In this document: positions 58,611 through 64,000 of the stretch, piece after piece
Layout: every line of letters starts with the position of its first letter
Numbering within the stretch: position 1 is the first letter of the stretch
NCBI GenBank assembly: GCA_964603585.1
Contig: CAZRVK010000001.1
Span: forward strand, 5,327 to 69,326
Reading direction: 5' to 3'
Source: an uncultured Planctomycetales bacterium
Lineage (GTDB): Bacteria; Omnitrophota; Gorgyraeia; Gygaellales; Profunditerraquicolaceae
Length of the DNA: 64,000 nt
The notes under the pieces: generated by a model
The model's database searches: none
What the model saw: only the letters and a program-made list of their open reading frames with translations
What the model was told of the DNA's origin: nothing
Program-made: the position numbers and the translations under genes

Positions 58611-59084
58611 CTATTTAGATTTAATGCTTCCGGCGGCTTCAGGAACCCCCATAACATCACTTACTTCAGTGTCAGGGCTTTGCAGAACATACTCCGGGCT
58701 CATTAGAGGCTTATCATAAGGAGGAAAAGGAAATGTCACCATATCATACAAACCGGTAGCTAAACGAAAGAGCGAAACCACTACTCCCTGGCCCATACCA
58801 ACTGTTGCCCCTGCCGCGATATCCTTATCTTTACTAACCCTTAAGAATGACGCAGGAACTTCCATAAAGAATAACGGCACATTGATCAGTCCGCGGCCAA
58901 GTTTATTCAGGGGGCTTTTAGGGGTTTGGATTTTGCTGGATTCAAGCGCCGGAGTTGTTTTATATTTTTCCATTTGGAGGTCATAATCGCTCTTTAATTC
59001 GAAAGCCACGGCCGACATTGGAATGGATACCGCCAAAATAATGAAAAATAAAATTTCTTTTTTCACTTTTTTCTCCTCCAGCAT
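58611..59084 (-). CDS. hypothetical secreted protein
   Basis: Signal peptide ILFFIILAVSIPMSAVA. No known domain. Confidence 0.45.
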   Translation of the reverse strand: MLEEKKVKKEILFFIILAVSIPMSAVAFELKSDYDLQMEKYKTTPALESSKIQTPKSPLNKLGRGLINVPLFFMEVPASFLRVSKDKDIAAGATVGMGQGVVVSLFRLATGLYDMVTFPFPPYDKPLMSPEYVLQSPDTEVSDVMGVPEAAGSIKSK

Positions 59085-59170
59085 ATTAGCGTTTGATTGA
59101 TTGTTTGTTATACTGAATATATCTTATTACATATTACGAAGAAATACAATATCTTTTTTGTATTACTCTT

Positions 59171-59668
59171 TTAGATTACCCTGGTTTTTCTCCAACGCCG
59201 GTATAATAATAAAATAATTAAAGCACCTGCATAAGTAATCAGCGCAAGGAAAAAAGCGATAAAAAGATACCCCAAAACAACCGGAAGGATAACCTTATAT
59301 GCCGATAATTGGAACAAGGAGTAAAAACTAAAATCCTTTAAAAGTGACTTCCAGGCCAGGTGCAGATCAACCCAATCCAACCCCAGTAATTTAGCCCCTG
59401 TCTTAACTGAAAAAACGGCAATTAAAATACTAAACCATGTGTTCGTAAGCAGGCTTCCCAATAAGGCACTGGCGCGATTCGCGCGTAGCGCCATTGCCAG
59501 GAATAACGCCGCAATCGGCCCGGTACCGGGCATAATCCCGGAGAAAACACCTAATCCTAAACCAAAAGCTACCCTTTGAGGAGAATCATTAATGCGAAAG
59601 AGCTTAAGATAAACCCAGCGCATCAGGCGTTTAAAACCGAGTAATTTGGGCTTTAGAAGATTAGGCAT
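59171..59668 (-). CDS. DUF2062 family membrane protein
   Basis: QRVAFGLGLGVFSGIMPGTGPIAALFLAMAL, typical of DUF2062. Confidence 0.55.
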   Translation of the reverse strand: MPNLLKPKLLGFKRLMRWVYLKLFRINDSPQRVAFGLGLGVFSGIMPGTGPIAALFLAMALRANRASALLGSLLTNTWFSILIAVFSVKTGAKLLGLDWVDLHLAWKSLLKDFSFYSLFQLSAYKVILPVVLGYLFIAFFLALITYAGALIILLLYRRWRKTRVI

Positions 59669-59683
59669 AGGCTTATCGAATAC

Positions 59684-60640
59684 TTAGATGTTTGGTTTGA
59701 TATTACTCCCGGCAAATTTTTCCAGCCCATGCGAATCCTGGATCCATCCGTTAAATAACCCAAATCCGTACATCGTTTTCTCCGCTAAGGCATACTCTTC
59801 CAGGCTTATACGCCGAGACAAAGCTTTTATCTTAAGCGCCTTATAACATGGCAGGTACTGGCTCATCAAACTAACATATGTACCAGTCGATACCTCTTCG
59901 GCAATAAACTGCATGATCGATCCGGTACCGGATATCCCCTCCGGCAAAACAAGATGCCTGATGATCAATCCCTTTTGGATCAATCCTTCAGAATCGAACT
60001 GCCCCCCCCCTGCCTGCGAGTGCATCTGTTTTACCGCGGCCCGGTTATATTCCGGATAATCACCCGCGGCGGAATACTTTAATGCCTCTTCTTTACCCGC
60101 ATAACGCATATCTGCAAGATATACATCGATTATCCCGTCTAAGAGACAGATCATTTCCGGCAGCTCATAACCTCCGGTATTATAAATTAAAGGTATCCTA
60201 AGCCCTTTGGGAACAGCCAGGCAAAGCGCCTTTAATATCTGCGGCATGACATGCGTTGGGCTGACAAGATTAATATTGTGGCAGCCGGCAGCTTGCAATT
60301 GCAGCATAAAGCCTGCTAATTCTTCAAAACTTACTTCGCGGCCATTGCCCAGCTGGCTAAACTCATAATTCTGGCAATAAACACAACTCATGTTGCAATG
60401 AGAGAAAAATATCGTCCCCGAGCCATGACTTCCGGAAACCGGAGGTTCTTCCCCATGATGAGGGAACTGGCTATAGACTACCGGTAAAAGCGCTGTTTTA
60501 CAAAACCCCCTATCCCCTTTCAGGCGGTTAACCCGGCACTTACGCGGGCAAATCGCACACGACTCCAGCATTTTTAAGGCAATATCTGCCGTCCTGGCTA
60601 ATGACCCGTTTTCATAACTCCTTAAATACGAAGGGTTCAT
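59684..60640 (-). CDS. radical SAM protein, PflX-like (pyruvate formate-lyase activase-related, COG1313-type)
   Basis: N-terminal Cys cluster CAICPRKCRVNRLKGDRGFC, then GEEPPVSGSHGSGTIFFSHCNMSCVYCQN (CxxxCxxC). Confidence 0.7.
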   Translation of the reverse strand: MNPSYLRSYENGSLARTADIALKMLESCAICPRKCRVNRLKGDRGFCKTALLPVVYSQFPHHGEEPPVSGSHGSGTIFFSHCNMSCVYCQNYEFSQLGNGREVSFEELAGFMLQLQAAGCHNINLVSPTHVMPQILKALCLAVPKGLRIPLIYNTGGYELPEMICLLDGIIDVYLADMRYAGKEEALKYSAAGDYPEYNRAAVKQMHSQAGGGQFDSEGLIQKGLIIRHLVLPEGISGTGSIMQFIAEEVSTGTYVSLMSQYLPCYKALKIKALSRRISLEEYALAEKTMYGFGLFNGWIQDSHGLEKFAGSNIKPNI

Positions 60641-60642
60641 TT

Positions 60643-61398
60643 TTAATGATAGTTCCGGATTTCTTTTTCTACGTTCTTTATGCGTTCATCTATCGCCGGA
60701 TGAGAACTCAAAAAAACAAGTGGCGCCTGGCGCCCGCTTCTGTCGGCATCCTTCTTTAGTTTCTGAAAGAAGGTCACCATCCCATACGGGCTGAACCCGC
60801 TCCTGCGGGCATAACGCACAGCTAATTTATCCGCAAGTTCCTCATCCTTACGGCCGTAGCCTAAACTGGCTAAATTAAAAACTATATCGACCGCCTGAAG
60901 CATTGATTGTTGAGTATTGACGCCAGAGGCGATCCCCATCAAAATACTGTATCCCATCGCGGTTTGCATTTTCTTCACCGTATGCCTGGCAGCCACATGC
61001 CCGATTTCATGAGCCAGAACACAGGCCAGTTCATCGTCATTTGCACGCTCCATTAAGCCGCTATTAACATAAATAAAACCCCCGGGAGTCGTAAAGGCGT
61101 TCAACTCCTTATTCTCAATCACCTTAAAATGATACTCCAGATCCTGGCGGTCAGAGGCTGCCGCGACTTTCTCACCTATCCTCTGCAGCCTTTCATCCAT
61201 AAACAGGTCATTTGAGAATTTCATCTGCCTTTTAAGCTCTATATCCATATCCCTGCCAATACTCACCTCGCTTTTTGTATCGATCAATAACGATTCATGG
61301 CGACCGGTTGCCGGATTATATACCGTGACACATCCTCCTAAGAATAATACCAGCACAACCGCAATTATTAGGTTAAATATCCTGGATTTGCCTTGCAT
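60643..61398 (-). CDS. M48 family zinc metalloprotease lipoprotein (LoiP/YcaL-like)
   Basis: Lipobox LGGC and HEIGHVAARH (HExxH). 251 aa. Confidence 0.8.
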   Translation of the reverse strand: MQGKSRIFNLIIAVVLVLFLGGCVTVYNPATGRHESLLIDTKSEVSIGRDMDIELKRQMKFSNDLFMDERLQRIGEKVAAASDRQDLEYHFKVIENKELNAFTTPGGFIYVNSGLMERANDDELACVLAHEIGHVAARHTVKKMQTAMGYSILMGIASGVNTQQSMLQAVDIVFNLASLGYGRKDEELADKLAVRYARRSGFSPYGMVTFFQKLKKDADRSGRQAPLVFLSSHPAIDERIKNVEKEIRNYH

Positions 61399-61900
61399 AA
61401 ATACTCCTTATTTCTTTAAAAATAGCATTATATTCAGATGTACGGTAATCCCGATAAGTCCACTCCAAAGGCCGGAATTCCCCTTTTTGAAAGCACAAAG
61501 TCAGCTCGGCGAAAATCCCTTTATTCAAATAAATACGATGGTAATAATCTTTGGTGGATGCAAGCACCAGGCGTGCAAGATTAAGGTATCCCGGATCGAT
61601 ATTAATTGTCCGTGCCCCGGAACAAGAAAGCTTATCTTCCAGCTTATTAGTAATGATTTTCGCCTTGTAAAGCCCGGACGGATCGATTAAACGTTTTGCA
61701 CTGCAAAACTTTTTCTTAAGCCCAAAACCAAGCTCTTTTTGATAATAATCCGTATAGGAAAAATCCAGGATTTGGCTTTGGAAATCCATTTTGCCAAAAC
61801 TCCGTTCAAGAGAAGGCAACGCCTTATTAAAGGCGGATTCTTCTTTAAAGATAAAGCCAAAAATTAGTTTAACTGGCAGGGCCTTATGACTTACGCCCAT
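61373..61900 (-). CDS. DUF4416-like hypothetical protein
   Basis: 175 aa. Overlaps the start of the M48 gene by 26 nt, so it appears to be in an operon. Confidence 0.45.
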   Translation of the reverse strand: MGVSHKALPVKLIFGFIFKEESAFNKALPSLERSFGKMDFQSQILDFSYTDYYQKELGFGLKKKFCSAKRLIDPSGLYKAKIITNKLEDKLSCSGARTINIDPGYLNLARLVLASTKDYYHRIYLNKGIFAELTLCFQKGEFRPLEWTYRDYRTSEYNAIFKEIRSIYARQIQDI

Positions 61901-62286
61901 TATAAGCTTTGTACGAGCGAGGATTTAGACTGTTTTGGGATAAATTGCGCGACGTACTTGGAGATTATCTTGCGTTGATTATCCTTAATGCGGTTAAAGA
62001 ATATAGCGATATTAAATCCTTTTTGTGTATCATCCTGGGAACGCACTACAACACCGTTACATTCGACACTGTAATCCTTTCTTCCGGAGCGTGTAGCAAC
62101 AGGCAGGTCCAGACGGATGGCAACCCGGGTAAAAGGAGGTATATATTTCTCAATATGGCAAAATGCCCCCAGACAGCTGATATTCTGCGTGGTTGTGGAA
62201 AAATCATAGCCATTTGCCGCAATCCTTACCGGCAAAGACTGATTAAGCCTCGGATGAAGCCTTCTTTCACTTAAGCGCTTAGCCAT
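61900..62286 (-). CDS. PilZ domain protein
   Basis: RLHPR...(RxxxR) and NISCLGAF (D/NxSxGG). 128 aa. Confidence 0.6.
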   Translation of the reverse strand: MAKRLSERRLHPRLNQSLPVRIAANGYDFSTTTQNISCLGAFCHIEKYIPPFTRVAIRLDLPVATRSGRKDYSVECNGVVVRSQDDTQKGFNIAIFFNRIKDNQRKIISKYVAQFIPKQSKSSLVQSL

Positions 62287-62468
62287 TACTTCTTCTCTTC
62301 CTCTTTAGGCTTTAATGACTTCTTCCAACATCGTTTAGTGCAATAAAATTTCCCGTTACGATAAAATCTGGTCAATCTCTTGATCGGTTTATTACAAACT
62401 ATGCAATTAGTTTGTTTTTCTGCTTCCGGTTTAGCTGCCTCCGGTGAATTTACTGCATCTGGAGCCAT
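62286..62468 (-). CDS. small zinc-ribbon protein
   Basis: CIVCNK...CTKRC. Its stop overlaps the start of the downstream PilZ gene. Confidence 0.4.
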   Translation of the reverse strand: MAPDAVNSPEAAKPEAEKQTNCIVCNKPIKRLTRFYRNGKFYCTKRCWKKSLKPKEEEKK

Positions 62469-62516
62469 ATCTTATTCCTTTCTTGAATACGTGATATATT
62501 CTAAGTTATAATTGAT

Positions 62517-62861
62517 TTACAACCTTCCGCTTTGCATATCGATATAATCGCTTAAATACTTTTTATCTTCGCTGTCCATTTCTAAGAACTCCACGCCATA
62601 TTTATACCTGTCGGTATGCGCAACAGAATTAGCCCATCGCACCTTGGCTACAGGCTTGAGCACCCGGGATAAAACATTCACCTCCAGCATGAGCAGTGTA
62701 TCGGGAGCCAAAAAACGGCCATTCGAGAAAGACATGCCGCCACAACTTATATTATCGGAAATGGTGTGGCTATAAACAGGCTTCCCCCGGATCTGGTAGC
62801 GCACCTCATCTTGAAGCTTAACACGCGGAGTCTGCCGGTATTCCTCTATCCTGTTGATCAT
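62517..62861 (-). CDS. PilZ domain protein
   Basis: RQTPRVKL (RxxxR) and NISCGGMSF (NxSxGG). 114 aa. Confidence 0.6.
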   Translation of the reverse strand: MINRIEEYRQTPRVKLQDEVRYQIRGKPVYSHTISDNISCGGMSFSNGRFLAPDTLLMLEVNVLSRVLKPVAKVRWANSVAHTDRYKYGVEFLEMDSEDKKYLSDYIDMQSGRL

Positions 62862-62976
62862 TTCTTCCCTTATTTTAGAAAAAACCTTTTCCAGGATTGC
62901 CTGTTTAATTTTATGATAAAGACTATAGCATAAATCTTCTTCAGTGTCAACTACGCTTTTCTAAGGCAGAATAGGA

Positions 62977-63861
62977 TTATTTTACCCCTTGTAGGATACT
63001 ATCAACCTCGTGGTCGACATAACGGTGTAATCCGTTTTTCTGTATGTATAAAAGATCATCCAGTTTTTTCTCCGCTGCGGCAACTTTTTGCTGCGCATTT
63101 TCCAAAGCATTCTTCTGGGTCAAGTTACCCATACTAATGATCCGTGCTGATTCATTAGCGTTTTTTAATTCCGTCTCGGCAATAACAAGAGATTCATCCA
63201 GTAATTCCTTTGAATAGTGTTCGGCATAAAACGGCTGAAGGATCTTATATAAGGCATCTTTAGCTGCCTGGCGGGAAATACGGCCCTGGGTCAACTCACG
63301 GATGATCTTGTTCTTTTCCAACTGCATTTGTTCCGTCCGGCCAAGCCAGCCTGCTATACCAGGCTTACTGTCCTTAAGCCCTTTTGCCCTGTCCATCCTT
63401 ATTTTATTAAAATCAAGTACCTTCCAATAATGCTCCTCATTATTTTTTTTAAGCCTGGCCATTTCGGCTGTAGAACCAGGAGAATCTTTCTCCATAAAAC
63501 CAAGGATCTCGGTTTCCTGGACGGCTAAGGCAGGTTTTTGATTGTTCAAATCACCCCCGCTTCCCGAAGAGACATTTTCCCCTGCCTTTTGATCATCAGG
63601 CATATTTTCAAATTGAGACTTAAGAGAATAAATGTTCTCCCAATAACTCGCAGGATTGGTAGACTTTAGTTTTTGTAACGCCTCATACATTGGCACAGAC
63701 TTGTTCTTGAGTAAAGTAAGGACCTCTTTTTCATCACTATAAGAAATCAAATTCTTTTCCTGGGCATAAACGGACAAGGACAAAGATACGGTGATACCTA
63801 AAAGCAGGCACGCTCCTTGAAAATAACGGGAGGGAAAAACTCGTTTAAGCTTAATCATCAT
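62977..63861 (-). CDS. hypothetical secreted coiled-coil protein
   Basis: Signal peptide LLLGITVSLSLSVYA and long helical Gln/Lys/Glu-rich regions. Confidence 0.45.
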   Translation of the reverse strand: MMIKLKRVFPSRYFQGACLLLGITVSLSLSVYAQEKNLISYSDEKEVLTLLKNKSVPMYEALQKLKSTNPASYWENIYSLKSQFENMPDDQKAGENVSSGSGGDLNNQKPALAVQETEILGFMEKDSPGSTAEMARLKKNNEEHYWKVLDFNKIRMDRAKGLKDSKPGIAGWLGRTEQMQLEKNKIIRELTQGRISRQAAKDALYKILQPFYAEHYSKELLDESLVIAETELKNANESARIISMGNLTQKNALENAQQKVAAAEKKLDDLLYIQKNGLHRYVDHEVDSILQGVK

Positions 63862-64000
63862 GCAGGATTAATCTAATAATTGGATCTTTAGACTTAGCGT
63901 CTTGGAGGCAAAGAAAAAGAAATACTTACAGCCGTCTCTTTTTCTAAAGAGCCCTGGATAGATATCTGGCATACGATATTATCAGCTTTATTCTTTGCTT

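Noticed and set aside
61325-62274. Plus-strand ORFs 61325-61690 and 61909-62274
   Set aside because: They are antisense to the tightly packed PilZ/DUF4416/M48 operon, have no RBS, and have a Cys/Arg-rich low-complexity translation.

Overview
This is a 64 kb bacterial chromosomal segment of about 45% GC with high coding density. Nearly all genes are on the + strand up to about 58.4 kb, followed by a convergent block on the - strand from 58.6 to 63.9 kb. No rRNA, CRISPR array, transposase or prophage was seen. Most genes are housekeeping: a threonine, isoleucine and aspartate-family precursor block (thrC 3' part, ApgM-like putative homoserine kinase, lysC, cimA), CoA and pantothenate genes (coaB, coaX, panE, panB), tRNA ligases (valS, hisS, GAD-less aspS, glyQS), uvrB, recO, dnaE, nadC, guaB-like and guaA, ppdK, apt, a sigma-70 family factor, a phoH/7TM-HD/ybeY operon, and groES-groEL behind a perfect CIRCE/HrcA operator with clear -35/-10 boxes. 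There is one tRNA-Arg(CCT) at 48896-48969. The most interesting parts are six. (1) A ParA/MinD-type ATPase is fused to a CBM48-like glycogen-binding domain, lies next to a GH57 alpha-glucan enzyme, and is a candidate glycogen-granule positioning system. (2) An orphan 240-aa proteasome beta-subunit/Anbu-like Ntn hydrolase is translationally coupled to a lysine-rich H1-like protein, followed by small Cys-rich proteins and a DUF134 regulator behind a perfect 12-bp palindrome. (3) A Ycf46-like AAA ATPase, a double zinc-ribbon protein, DUF1257 (Ycf35-like) and DUF2997 form a cluster. (4) Five dispersed copies of a hairpin-forming repeat built from ATGAGCC/GGCTCAT heptamer runs sit immediately upstream of start codons (dnaE, recO, ppdK, sigma factor, PHP gene); they bracket ppdK and corrupt automatic start and stop calls. 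(5) A four-helix-bundle (23S rRNA IVS protein family) gene is bracketed by GGTGTTAGG-unit inverted repeats. (6) A soluble PRC-barrel/MgtE-N/CBS protein sits directly upstream of an NRAMP transporter. All domain assignments come from reading the translated ORFs by eye; none was checked against a database.
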